From Haliotis rubra (lineage: Eukaryota), in NCBI RefSeq assembly GCF_003918875.1, contig NW_025767002.1, positions 3,410,001 through 3,474,000 on the forward strand: DNA of 64,000 nt. The letters are read 5' to 3'. How positions within the stretch are numbered: the stretch's first letter is position 1; each line of letters opens with the position of its first letter. The translations under genes and the position numbers were made by a program. The notes beneath the pieces are model-generated. The model had not been told where the DNA came from. It did no database searches and was given only the letters and a program-made list of their open reading frames with translations. Shown piece by piece: positions 50,201 through 63,660 of this stretch.

Positions 50201-51363
50201 AGGCGGGGGGTCATCAATTTTGTACACATGTCCAAGGGGGGTGTTATTCACATCGGTCCCTAATCACGTCATTTATGGAAACGCAATAAGTTAATGTGCA
50301 ATATGCTGTCTTAGGTGGATAAAATTTGTGTTCACAACATTCCATAACAAAAGTAATCCTAAACACGATGTGTGTGTGTGCGTGCGGGTGTGTAAATAGC
50401 TTGTAGTTCTGGGAGTGGAGTAACTCGTTGGAGTGAGGGTGGGGGTGAGGGCGGTTGAAACTATGAGAAAAGGCTGTTAGTCATACTACAACAACACATT
50501 CATGAAGGCATGGGCCTGCTGCCACGTTTCCTAGTCAGGTTTAATCGAGTTTCGATTATATCTACACTTTTATGTTAAGATTAAACCAAGGTCTTACAGA
50601 TCCTGATGATACATGAGTTATGCAAGTTCCTGTGAATCTGGTTTAATTCAATTTCAATATATATTACACAAAATGTCAATATCTAAACACATGAACTATA
50701 TTTGGAAACTATGAACGTTTTAATACTTAACAGTTTAAAACGGGACTTTTTTAGATTAAAGAGCTTTATTGTATAAATGGTATTTAGGCTGTGAGAGGGT
50801 GTTTTTTCATGTGTTTAGACCCAAATGGAGTTTACATAGAACATCTTTATGTATTTCATTTAGGATTCGAACGTCGTTTATACGTGTTTACATTCGAAAT
50901 ACAATTTTCACAGTGCAACCTCTGAATTGTGGTGGTGGAATTGGGTTTAACGTCGTGCTTGAGAATATTTCGCTCGCTCATATGACGAGTGCAACCTCTG
51001 AGGTAACATTAAGCAGGTTTCTACAACGATTACAAAGCGTCCGTGTATCAACGTTTAATTGTAGACGTATGGCAGACAAATCCAAATGTGACTCATCACT
51101 GCCCAAAACGTTATATCCTATGGTAATATATGTGATCCTGAAAGTAAAATTCTAAAAGAAAGGATACGTTACACATAACACAACAACAAAATATTGAAAA
51201 GATTTGTGACAGTGGTTTGGGGCAGTACGATGGAAGATCCTTTGAGATAACTGTATTGAGAAAAGAACATGAAAAGGCACGTTTGTGTTTCTGAGGAAAA
51301 TATATTATATAGGTAACTGATTAGCATATCTATGAGTTATTTCACATTGTAAAGTTCATTGAC

Positions 51364-51498
51364 ATATACTGGACAACAATAGTTAGGGATATATGTAACG
51401 TTTGAAATTATGAATAATGATTTATTTATTCATTGACACACTGATAAAATATTAATCATAAAAATACCAATATCCCTAACTTATTTTGTCCAGTATAT
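51364..51498. mobile_element. Short Tc1/mariner-like MITE
   Basis: TATACTGGACAACAATAGTTAGGGATAT ... ATATCCCTAACTTATTTTGTCCAGTATA inverted ends with TA. Confidence 0.7.
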
Positions 51499-52135
51499 TC
51501 ATACATCTATACTACAATACAACTATACCACTATACCATTTTCATTTCATCATCAAATATCAGATCTTAGTAAATACATTGGAATGTCTAGTCAACACTG
51601 CATAAGGGCTTAAATTCCACCTTGCAACAAGAATTGTCATTGAGCTCAAACAGGAGTGAATTGTTTACGTTGCATACTGACTACATCATTACAACGTCCT
51701 TACATATATATCTCACAGCTCATAACTCACTGGATTGTCTGGTCCAAACTAGATTATTTACAGACCGGCGCCATATAGCTGGAATATTGCTGAGTGAGGC
51801 GTAAAACTCACCCACTCACTCATAACTCACGACCTAATATACACATGGAAAAAAGTATCGCAATACTCAATGTGTTTGATAGTACCATTAACCAAAGCAA
51901 AGGAATGTATCCCAACAAATTTAACAGCTAAATTTACTTATTATCTGAATAAGCAGACTCCAAGGAATAAATAAATGCCAGGACAAGCTAACATGGCAAA
52001 AATGGAGTCATTCTGTAGTGCTGATAACTATGGTTGCATGACGTTACTAGTTGTGGCAATTTTCAAAATATTTGCATAAATCCTCAAGAAATCATGTTTC
52101 AATAACCGAGCACAATGTTAATATCTCATGTGACC

Positions 52136-52301
52136 GGGGCGGTGGGGTAGCCTAGTGGTTAAAGCGTTCGCTCGTCACGCCGAAGACCCGGGTTCGATTC
52201 CCCACATGGGTACAATGTGTGAAGCCCATTTCTGGTGTACCCCGCAATGATATTGCTGGAATATTGCTAAAAGAGGCGTAAAACCAAACTCACTCACTCA
52301 C
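52136..52301 (+). mobile_element. SINE family A, full length, with 12-bp target-site duplication
   Basis: TCTCATGTGACC and TCTGATGTGACC flanks. Confidence 0.92.
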
Positions 52302-53204
52302 TCTGATGTGACCACCGCCAACTACAAAAACGTCCCTGACCCTCTTCATGGACTTTGCATTTGACGTTGACGTTGGGGGACCCGTTCCATGACATCATTA
52401 CATTTTGCACGTATTACACGTGATGCTCGCCCGTGTTCGTCACACGAACCTATCTAAAAATCAGCGTATGGTGTGCCATATAAATGGCTATATGGGGTTT
52501 AAAAATCATAGGTGTTGTATTTCTTGTATACAGACAATAGTTGTCAAGGTCTATAGTTAGGGACGAAACAGTTAATTGTAACACAAAAATTAAGTTTTCT
52601 GAGTTTATAATAAAATCTACCCTAAAGCCTTAGACGGAATTCTTATAACATGCGGAAACATTATAAATACTGACAAGTTATATAGAAATGTTGTACAAAA
52701 CATCCGTTTACAACTTTATGAACATAACCGCGAAATATTTATAACACATTCACATTCTTAGACAGTCTCCTTTACAGAATAATACAATCGACTGGTTATA
52801 AAGTGTCACCTTTCGTTGTCTGTCACGTAGCTGACATGGGTGTTTCCTAATACTTCTACTTAATAATGTATGATAAGACAAGGCTGCATCAGACTCTCAG
52901 CCACTCAGTCCTTGTTGTACCCATTAATGCCGAGCGCCAGGCAGGGACCAACAAGTGCAATATTTTAACGCCTTTTGGTGTGACGCAGCTGGTGATAGAA
53001 TTCGCGACCTCCACAAAGGTGGTTCGGTTAGGAGAGGAATGATATAACTGAGAGTCATTCTTCAAGGCAACACATCTGAAGAACTGTTATGATTTTGATG
53101 CGAAATAACTTCAAATAAGTGAAAGTTCATTTCTCATTTTGCTGTGACAACCACAAGGAATAAAATTGTCAGCATTCAAATGGAATATTTCAACATAAAG
53201 TAAC

Positions 53205-53425
53205 ACCGCACTCAGCAATATTCCAGCTATATAGCGGCGGTCTGTTAATAATCGAGTCTGGACCAGACAATCCAGTGATCAACAGCACGAGGATCGATAT
53301 ACGCATTTTGGGATACGATGACATGTGTCAACCACGTCAGCGAGCCTGACCACCCGATTCTGTCAGTCGCCTCTTACGACAAGAATGAGTTAATGAAGAT
53401 AAATTCTAACCCGGATCTTCACGAG
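53205..53425 (-). mobile_element. SINE family B, near full length
   Basis: Reverse complement of the family consensus ending CCGGATCTTCACG. Confidence 0.85.
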
Positions 53426-55589
53426 CGTCATTGTATCAACTGTACGTAAGGTGTGATGAATTTGAAGATAAAAAATGGCAGTGTCAAAATGCTGTCATCA
53501 CAAATAACTTATCTTTATCCCATCTAAAGAGGCATTATTCCCCAGTCACAAAATAAAACAAGAAATAATACACAGCAAAATATATTCTGGTACAGAGAGG
53601 TAGTACATGTATTTGTACAATAAATCTTCCTCTTGAAGCCATCCACACCAAGAGGCGTTGCGATCCTTAGCTTCCTGGGCCAGTGGTTCATTCCAACCCA
53701 CATATATTGAATGATGAAGCAGCTCAACCAGCTATAAATAGACTATAATATTAATGATAAAAATGCATTACACTAAGCATGTTCTATTGAAATGCTGTAC
53801 TAACGGTACATATTATCTGGATCTACTTCAGGAAAACTATCTCTGTATGATTGACGTTTCGACTAGATAGTATGTTTCTGTTTTCAAATTAAAATTTAGT
53901 CAGATATGTAAAAGTGTGTTGATGGCAGGGATGGGCTATTGGGTTCTTGTCATGATTTGTGGTTTCAAAGGGCTATGTGTATTGTGATATTCCAGGCCCT
54001 GTTAGACAGTGGTATACATGCGCAATGGATGACAATAAAAAACCTTGGCCCTCGTGGTTCACGCTCAATACACTCATGGAGTCCGAGTCTGTCACTCATG
54101 GTTCGCGCATGTTGACTGGAAAATAAACATGGCAAAATTCACAAATTTCAAATCACGACACATCCTCTTTACAAAATATACTGTCACATATGTCGGCTGT
54201 GTTGCATCATCTTAAGCTTGAAACATCCAGATATATCCCCAACGTCTCTGTTAGAACAGTATGGATGGTGAAAACAATTAGGTATAACTGTTACAGCTGT
54301 TTCCTCGTTCGTTGCGGCATCGTTGACAGATATGAATGAGATCTCTACTAATAGGCAAAGTTAAATTGATAACCAATACGGAACAGTTACACCGGTTGTG
54401 GAAAAAAAACCCTTTAACATTTGTAGAAATTATAGAGCAAAAAGGATAAGTAACAATGAATGAAGTAAATGCTGCTCAGGAAGTCATCAGTAAGAGTTGC
54501 GATCCTTTGCAAGGTAGATCAAACATTATCACTCATGTTTCTCACGTGATCAAGAACTGATTGACATTCTGTGACGATCTCGGCCAGGCAAAAATTATCG
54601 ATTATCTTAATTAAATGTGCACTAACCGCGATATATTTTGGGAGTAACATATATGTACAATGAATAGCAATGGGGATCGGTTGACACATGTCATCGTATC
54701 CCAATTACGTAGATCGATGCTCATGCTGTTGATCTCTGGATTGTCTGGTCCAGACTTGGGTGTATTTACAGACCGCCATCATACAGCTGGAATATTGCTG
54801 AGTGTGTCGTTAAACACCAAACAAGTTAAAACAAAATGTTTTATGCTACCGCGCGAATAATATACATACACGTTATGCAGTTAAGTGAAATACTGCAAAC
54901 ACACAACTACAAAGTCAATATCAAATATATTACAATCGAATTAGCTATTGATATTTGATATTGATATTCCTGCATCTTCTTTTTTCACGATCAAACAAGG
55001 ATGCATACTTGCTCATGTTTTCTTTCAGTTAAACATTTCTATAGTTTCTAAGAATGACAATAGTAGAATCTTTTATGGGGTTGGAGTAATTTCCTTGTTG
55101 GGTTCAGATGGCATCCTCTGCAATAAGTAACTTAACTCTGCAATAAGCTTTCTCACGCCCATGCTTCACGTGTTTAATAAGGTCTTAACAAGGGCAGATC
55201 TGCCCCACGTGGAGCGCGCTCAATTCACTCATGTAGTCTGAGTCTTGTCACTCATGTTTCACTCATGTTCACTGGAATAGCGTAACCATGGTCTTGTTAT
55301 AGAACGGGTACTGCTTAGATTTATAACAGGTGCTGTTGGTGAAAAACTCAACTACATGTATCTCATTTTACAAATGATATGTCGGCCATTGTTTTATCTT
55401 TGTCAGATGTGAAAGAACTCTCTTCTATTGTTCGGCATTAAACTAACTTGATATGATCGATATTGACCCGTAACACTGTTGTTTCTGATATGCTCATAAA
55501 AACAAAATGTTTTGAAAAAAATGGGTTAGAATTGATTATAATATACTGGTGGTCAGGCCTGCTGACTTGGTTGACATTTACCGAGAGAC

Positions 55590-56915
55590 ACGTGAAGATC
55601 CGGGTTAGAATTTGTCTTCAGTAACCCATGCTTGTCGCAAGTGGCGACCAAAAGGATTGGATGGTCATCCTATCCCAATTGCGTAGATCGATGCTCATGA
55701 TCACTGGATTGTCTGGTCCAGACTCGATTATTTACAGACCGCCGCTATGTATCTGTAATATTGCTGAGTGTGGCGTTAAGAGACCAACCAACCAACCAAC
55801 TATAATTATAGTGAACTTTATAACAATTGTAGATTAGCGTATACCTTTCTTACTGATATGATGATTGTGAACCACACCTGAAAATGATATTTGCATCATA
55901 TTGTATCTGCGACATGTAAGCCCACTGGTTCAGATTCATAATCCTAACAGTATATTTACATTAACAGCAAAAACGACATTTTGTTCATATTATTGTTTGT
56001 TTTATCTCATTAGATGATATCAAATGAGACATAATACTAACTCACAGCTCACGTAATTGTTTTCAAACACCAACTGTCTCAATAGGATAGTAACAGCCGC
56101 GTTTATTCATTCGAAACTGATGTCAGAAATTGATCGGAGGAAATGAGCTGTATTACCTGTCATTCATATCAGTTCAATGTACAATACGTTTTTTTTCTTC
56201 ACAATACCTTGTTAGTAAATACACACTTCTATTGGTAAATATTATATAAATAAATAATGAATATAACTAAAGAAGATGGAACACTGTTTTTTCCTGATTT
56301 TACGGAATCGCGTATCAAGTATTGGCGATGTGCCAGACTCTCGCAATTTGTCAGTCACGTATGCTAACACACTCTGTAACTCGTGGGTCACGCGTGATTT
56401 ATCAATTCAATGTACAATACGAACATTTACTTACACAGTACCATGTTAGTAAATGCGCAGTAAATATTATATAAATGAATATAACTAAAGAAGATGGAAC
56501 ACCGACTTTCTGATTTTACGGATCAAGTATTTTCGATGTGCCAGACTTCCGCCATTAGCCAGTCACGTATGCTAACACACCCTGTAACTCGTGATTTCAA
56601 AGATAATCTGACTCTCTTTCCATGTGTCTGTATGCAACTGATTTTGATGTTGGATGTGGTATATTTCTCTGTACAGTATTTACAAGGATTAAAGTGAGTA
56701 ACCCATGCTTGTCGTAAGAGGCGACTAACGGGATCGGGTTGTCAGGCTCACTGGCTTGGTTGACACATGTCATCGGTCTCCAATTGCGCAGATCGATGAT
56801 CATGCTGTTGATCACTGGATTGTCTGGTGCAGATTCGATTATTACAGACCGCCGCCATATAGGTGGAATATTGCTGAGTGCAGTAATACTAAACTCACTC
56901 ATTTACTCACTCACA
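55590..56915 (+). mobile_element. Two SINE family B copies (55590-55800 and 56700-56915); a roughly 230-bp local tandem duplication lies between them (about 56170-56600)
   Basis: Family consensus; TTCAATGTACAATACG...GAATATAACTAAAGAAGATGGAACAC...GTCACGTATGCTAACAC occurs twice. Confidence 0.8.
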
Positions 56916-57124
56916 ATATGGCTAAAGCATTCCCGGCGTGACGTGATATACTGCTGGTTTCAGCACGTGTACCACCAAACCCCTGTGTCAAAGATTAAAG
57001 TGCAGCCCGTACAGATGCACACAACATGTGAAACTCTGAAATTGCTGTCACTGTCGAAAGCTTGATCTTTGGTCATTCAAACGTTCACCAATTCACATGA
57101 GAAGTCACATGCACATCATCCCTA

Positions 57125-57470
57125 GATGAACATCTGCTCAACGTCATGAAGCTATTGGAATGGTTCGAGCAGGAATGAGCCAAGAACAGGTGGCAGCACA
57201 TTTTCCAATGCCATGGTAACACGATATCTGCATGGGTCAGGCGTTATCGAAACAGTAATGACGTCGCCGACCACCCATGTTCTGGGCGTTCCCGACGTAA
57301 CGACGCGGAGACAGGACTGATGGATTCGGTGACTCATCTCAGATACAGGTTCCGACGGCAGTGACCACGTCCCGGACCATTCCCCAGTCCTTCAATGCTC
57401 ATTTGCTAGCCTCTATGCGTCTTCGATGCACTGCTGTGCTTCACGCACGCGGTGGTCATACCCATTATTG
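57125..57470 (+). mobile_element. Degenerate Tc1 transposase N-terminal helix-turn-helix fragment
   Basis: Frameshifted reading QRHEAIGMVRAGMSQEQVAAHF / QCHGNTISAWVRRYRNSNDVADHPCSGR / VTTRRQD matches the Tc1 pattern AIGMLxAG...DRPRSGRPRVTTxRQDR. Confidence 0.8.
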
Positions 57471-58037
57471 ACTTTGTGACTCCGTCGTGTGACCCCCTAC
57501 TCGATTTTGAACTTCTGACGTCATCGTTACGGATATTGTTCATGTTCTTTTGACATTTTCTTGTGGTCAGATACTTCAGCTTATAACGTGTCTACATCAT
57601 TTCGTCTTTGCTGTGTTGTATTCCAATTATGAAGGCATTTTCTGTGTGCACAGTTTCTTTATATGGCTAGTATATATGCTCATGATATGGTAACAAGTAT
57701 TGTAAATTGACTCTTATTGATTTCTTATGGATGTGAAAAGGGTTTTGTCGCTTCTATTTAAATTTTAACTCACTTAAATGTTTAAATATCAGTTCCACCT
57801 GAACACACAATGTCATTCATATACATAGGTAGTACCTGATCCTCTTTTTGAAAGAAATTTAAAAAAACTATTTTAATTTTGTGGTTCAGATGTATGAAAT
57901 ACACGCTAAGGCTAAAATTTGATAAGTACTGGACGAGCTTTTTTGTATAAACTTGTATTATTTGATCATGAAACATGCTAATATTGTGTTGACCGCGAGA
58001 ACAATTATTTAGTTTTTGAAGAAACAAACTTGTATTA

Positions 58038-58477
58038 GAGTGAGTGAGTTAAAATTTATCGTCACATCGGCAATATTTCAGCCATATCGTGACGAGAACA
58101 ATTAATTTTATGCATAATGATTAATGGTAAATTGTAAAAACTTGTCAACGAAGGACAGTAAAGTAACTAGATTATCACAGCTCCGAATTTAAAATTAGTA
58201 ATTAGATCTAAAACAGTTTAGCTATACATGACAATACAATATAAAAACAGGCCATATTTTGCCAACAAGTGACGGTAGATCACCATACTAGGGACCATAG
58301 GGACTTACAGTACATTTGCTTCGTGCATGGGCCCTAGCTGGATTTACATCATCCCTTCAGCTGTTAGCAGTTGAGACAAATCTAGCCCTATATTAAAATT
58401 ACACATATTCTACTATTAAAAAAGTGGAGTTTTAATTTACTAGGAATGTTTTGGGACTCACGTACCCTCCCAGGAGG
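58038..58477 (-). mobile_element. Retroelement 3' end with a SINE-like tail but a different body (candidate LINE 3' UTR)
   Basis: Reverse complement ends TCACGATATGGCTGAAATATTGCCGATGTGACGATAAATTTTAACTCACTCACTC. Confidence 0.5.
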
Positions 58478-58789
58478 AAAATATTCACCAGTAGAACACA
58501 GGCGCCACCATTTGCTGTGATGAGTTGGGTCCCGAGGAACGCCAGTAACCAGTGATCGTGGGTTCGAATCTCGGTTTATTCCGACTGTGTTTCAAGGTTT
58601 GTCAGCGAAGTGGTTAATGCCTGGCCGCCATTCGGCAGTCATTGTCGGGGTCAGTGTCGAAGCGTTAGCGCAGCAGATCCCGGAAACCAGGCTGACAGGC
58701 GTTAAACCCAACTCACCCGCTCACATAATGCTTATCATGGCCCCAGCCAAAGCAATCTCCGACTTACAACGAAGCAACACTTTGAATGA

Positions 58790-59710
58790 CAGTGAGTATG
58801 GTTTTAAGCTGCTTTATGCAACATTCCAACAATATCAGGGCGGGAGACACCAGAACTAGGCTTCACACATTGTGCATACGTGGGGAATCGAACCCGCGTC
58901 CGCACCGTAACGAACGAACGCTTTAACCACTTGGTTACCCAACCGCCCTACTTTAAATAAGAACGTGTACTAAGAAAGTGACAGATAAATTGTGATGTGT
59001 ACTTCAATCGAATGGTTTTTTTCGTGTTTTTTTAAGAAACAGAGAACTGTGTATGATGTTTTGTTTGTTTGTTGTTTAACACCAGACGCCAGCCATAATG
59101 ATAATCCGGCTATACAGCGACGGTCTGTAAATAATCCAGTCTGGACCACACAATCCAATGAACAACAGCCAGAGCATCGATCTACGTACACGGGATACGA
59201 TGACATGTGTGAACCAAGGCAGCGAGCATGACCACTCGATCCCGTCAGTCACCTATTACGAAAAGCATGGGGAAATGTATACATCACTTTATCTTAGGCC
59301 TCGCGTCATCCTGTACATTCTCCAGGCGTTTCCGTGTGAGAACAGGAAATACAACCTCAGATAATAGAACTTGTACGTACATCCGGGGGCACAAAACGCT
59401 TTCATAAAAGCTAAGCGACATACCGAGTGATGACTCTCCCAATTTTTACGAAAGCTGTAACATTGCGTACCAGAAACATGGTATAGTTTGATGGGTTTGG
59501 TTTGGTTATTGTTTAACGCCGCAAGCAGCAATATTCCAGCTATATGGTGGCGACCTGTAAATAATCGAGTCTGGACCAGATAGTCCAGTGATTGACATCA
59601 TGAACATCGATGTACGCAACTGGGATACATGACATGTATGAACCAAGTCAGGGAGACTGACAATCCTTCCCGCGGTTGCTGAATACCAATTCTAACTCGG
59701 ATCTTCACGC
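58790..59710 (-). mobile_element. Cluster of SINE A (58790-58948) and SINE B (59060-59270; 59500-59710) copies
   Basis: Family consensus matches. Confidence 0.8.
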
Positions 59711-59799
59711 GCGAGTCCAGTAAGTTGGGTGATTGCTAACTCCCCCACATATGTAAAGTATTGCTATTCATTACAGTATATGAAAATCATTAAATAGCA

Positions 59800-60690
59800 T
59801 CCTATGAAATGTCATGCATATCAATATTCATGCTGTTGTATGATTGCTGTGACTGGATTTCTTGCTGAAAGGTTCCGGTGTACTAAATCATTCACATCAG
59901 TCACAGAAATTACGTCTTTCCTTTTAGCTACAGCCATTTGTGAAATAACGGTCCCAAATGTTATAACGCAAAAGCAATGCTCAAACAATCAACTTGCAGA
60001 AATTCAAATTCTTCACATGCAGTAACACAAAAAACCCTTCTATAAACTCAAGGAGTAACTGCGCAAAGCATATCTGTCTAGTAAAAACATCTAAAGGCTA
60101 CAGGACGTTTAGGATAAACTTATTTCCAATGATATACACCCAAATATTTGTAATAAATGGCAGCTGTTATTTCCTGAAATAGACTCTGATTGGAAAAATG
60201 TATTTACAGTATAAAGGATTGCAAGACACAAAACATATAGATTGTCAATATAGATTTCTACAAGGTGTTTGTTATACAGAAAGAGAATTGCTTTAAATGA
60301 AAACAGTTGATGACAGTCCATGTTGGTTCTCCAATGATCTAAATGAGAGTGTTTGTCATGTGTACTGGGAATGCCAGGAGACACAAACCTTTTGGAAAAA
60401 CCTACAAATTTGGCTGAACAATTTATACCCTCATCCACTGCTATTATCGAAACATATGGTTTGGTTTGGTACTCTACATCAAAATATATTACTACATCAC
60501 ATCATCATTGCAGCAAAAAGACACATTCACGTATGCAGTATTAAGAATACGCATCCAAACATAACTTTATTTATAAAAACGTCTGAAAGAAATAATCTTT
60601 GTGGAAAACCATATATGCAAAAAAATAAATAATAAAATAGAACATTTCAATCATAAATGGGGCATTCTCTTCCCAGTACTTTGTTGAATT
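59800..60690 (+). mobile_element. Degenerate L1/Tx1-type LINE C-terminal fragment
   Basis: CWFSNDLNESVCHVYWECQETQTFWKNLQIWLN...IIIAAKRHIH cysteine-rich C-terminal region. Confidence 0.75.
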
Positions 60691-61109
60691 TAAAATGTAT
60701 TCATATTTACCTGATATCATATTTCTCTTTTATTGACTTATGTATGTGTATTAAAATGATATTCACATAGTACCTGTGCATGACCTATCTGTCTGTACAT
60801 CACTTTTGTACATATGGCATTGTAATCTTGGGAACCAATTAAAAAAATAATGAAAAAAAAATAAATGCGCAAAGCAACGGTTATAATTGCATAAGTGTAG
60901 TGAGACAAACGGAGTGTTGGTCCTGTCCTGTTGATAACCAACGTCAGGTATACAATAGTTTAGAGGAATAGCATTCCATATGCTATAATATTAGTTGGTG
61001 ATATTTTAAACTTGGTCAGTTTAACCCGTGGCCTTTTGTGATAAGGTCGGAGTCTCCTGTCGAGCCTACTTATGACTGTGTCCAAAGAGGCGTGGGAGTC
61101 CCATCCTTA

Positions 61110-62112
61110 TATTGCTGCGTATATCGTCTTTCAACTTGCACAAATATTTTCGGTGCTGATGCTGTATTGTTTGAACCATGTTTACACCGTTATTTTCATC
61201 TTCGACTATGCCCATATTTGGTATCACTATTCCATCAGTCTCAGTTTTAATATATCCCATCAAAATTGTATTGGAAATGAGACACGCTAACAGACGAACA
61301 TTTTGTACTGAAAACTTAATGCAATCTTTGATCATGGAAGAAATTCGCGTATACATCAGAAATGATATCAGTGACGTGAATTGTGTAACAATTCTGTTTT
61401 TAAGCAGATACATAACATATATGAGGCCTATAATTGTCAAATAAACACCAAAATACCCATCTCCATGTAAAGATTTTACGAACTGTACTTGCCTAAATAC
61501 TATAGGGCTTAAAACATGAAAGACGGGTAACCGTGGCGTGGGAGGATGCGCCAAGTCAGCAACAGTCATAAACTTAAATTGCTGCGTATATGGTCTTTCA
61601 ATTTGTACAAATACTTTTGGTGTTGATGCTATTATTGTTGAAACATGTTTAAGCCCTTATTTTCATCTTCGGCTATGCCCATGTTTAGTAATAATAAATA
61701 TGATAATTCATTTTATATAGCGCCTAGTATCCATAGTTGCTCACTGGACGCTGTAATCAGAATCAGACCATGGGCAGTTTGAATCAACATTCGGACTCCC
61801 ATTCCATCAGTCTTAAGTTTAATATCTCCCATCAAAATTGAATTTGAAATGAGACGTGCTAACAGATGAATATTTTTATAATGAAAATTTAATACAGACT
61901 TTAATCATGGGAGACATTCAGGTATACCACAGAAATGATATCTATGACACGAATTGTTTAACAATTCAGTTTATCTAACACGTCATATATATTTAGGCCT
62001 AGATTCGTCAAATACAGAAACAAACACACAAAAATCCCATCTCCATGTAAAATGTGTACGAATTTAACTGGCCTAAACACTACAGGACCTGAAAAATAAA
62101 AGACGGGTAACC
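61110..62112. repeat. Diverged tandem duplication of about 470-600 bp (probable DNA transposon internal repeats)
   Basis: ATTGCTGCGTATAT..., TTCCATCAGTCT..., CCATCTCCATGTAAA... and AAGACGGGTAACC each occur twice in the same order. Confidence 0.75.
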
Positions 62113-62181
62113 ATTTACGGATCATAGAATCGGATATGTCGATCCCCGGCTTAGTCGAACTGTTTATTTCAACCCCAAGTG

Positions 62182-62338
62182 GGTGAGTGAGTGAGTTTAG
62201 TTTTACGCCGCTTTTAGCAATATCACGGCGGGGGAAACCATAAATGGGCTTCACACATTGTGCCCATGTGGGAAATTAGAACCCTGGTCATCGGCGTGAC
62301 GAGCGAACGCCTTAACCACTAGGCTACCCCACCGCCCT
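62182..62338 (-). mobile_element. SINE family A
   Basis: Family consensus flanked by AACCCCAAG repeats. Confidence 0.88.
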
Positions 62339-62629
62339 TTAACCCCAAGAGATTGAGACAATGGGGCTCGCCTGATCTTCTAAACAAACATGCTGCCTGC
62401 CATCAAAGGTAACGCAGTATACTGGATAATCACGACCGGAATATCACTGTATTACAGAAAAAAACCAAATTTGGAACTGACGAGTTTATTGTCTGACGCA
62501 AACTAATCCATCGCTACATGAAACGTTTATGAACCAAATCTTGACTGTAGGCTACATTTTTATTGTATACGTTTCTCCTGTAATTGCCTTAAATAGAAAT
62601 AAAACAATCCGTGTAATTTTGCGTATTTA

Positions 62630-62672
<43 letters not shown>

Positions 62673-63179
62673 TATGATTTTAATGGATAACGCATGTACA
62701 ATGTGAATGACCCCCTAAAATGTATGTACAAAGTGCCCCCTGCATGTCATGTACAAAATCAATGACCCCCTCCCCTTCCAATATTTTTCAAGCATAAGTT
62801 TTAAAATTTATTATTATTCATTAATGGTTTTATGTACAAAAAGCTGGTCGTTCTGTTGAGCTTCGCACCTGTCTGTGGCGTGACAGCTCTCCTTTCCCTG
62901 ATTGGTCCAAATGCATCACCTCATTGGTAGCTCCGCCTCTCCTTGTCAGCGATATTTCTGGACTGACTAACGTTTTACGTTGACGATGTTACATGTGTAA
63001 TCGGGCATGCCCGTTCATTTCGTTGATATATCAAAAATACATACACTGTATCCGTAGTCGCTAAATGTAAAGGTACTGGTTTCCTGACGTAAAGTAGGTC
63101 ATTCTAACCCCTGCCGCGAAACCTGCTTATTCGAATGAGTGAGTGAGTGAGTGAGTTACGAGCACGTATCACATTAAGT

Positions 63180-63660
63180 AATAATAAATAATAATAATAA
63201 TGTGTCCATTTATACAGCGCCAAACTCCACACCAGGTATGCTCATAGCGCTAACAATCAATAAGGCATTATTGAAGTCCATAGAACTTTTTGTAGAGAAA
63301 GTTTTTGAGGTGACGCTTAAAGTTTTCAAGGGTTGGAGACAGCTTAAGGTCATCAGGGAGAGAATTCCAACTGACCGATGCCATGTTCAGGTAAGACTTG
63401 TAGCCAAATGATTTGAGGTTCCACTTTGGTACACGGAGCAGATTAGATGAGGATAAACGCAGAGTTCTTGTTGGCATGTAAGGAGAGAGGAGTTCTTGAA
63501 GATACACAGGTGCAATACCATGAATGGACTGATAAGCAAGTGTAAGGATCTTATAGTCAATGCGAGCTTCAATAGGCAGCCAGTGAAGAGACATTAGGAT
63601 GGGAGTGATGTGGCAATGTTAAGGTTGGAGAGTAACTATGCGGGCAGCTGTGTTCTGGGT
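63180..63660 (-). mobile_element. L2-type LINE 3' end with (TTA)n tail
   Basis: HITPILMSLHWLPIEARIDYKILTL...WNSLPDDLKLSPTLENFKRHLK, followed by the 3' UTR and (AAT)n at 63180-63200. Confidence 0.88.

Noticed and set aside
57250-57530. Enhancer or further bZIP exon suggested by TGACTCA/TGACGTCA motifs and higher GC
   Set aside because: Largely explained by a decayed Tc1 transposase on the plus strand; no basic-region exon found
61066-61569. 167-aa hydrophobic ORF as a membrane protein
   Set aside because: Lies in an AT-rich tandem duplication whose second copy does not preserve the frame
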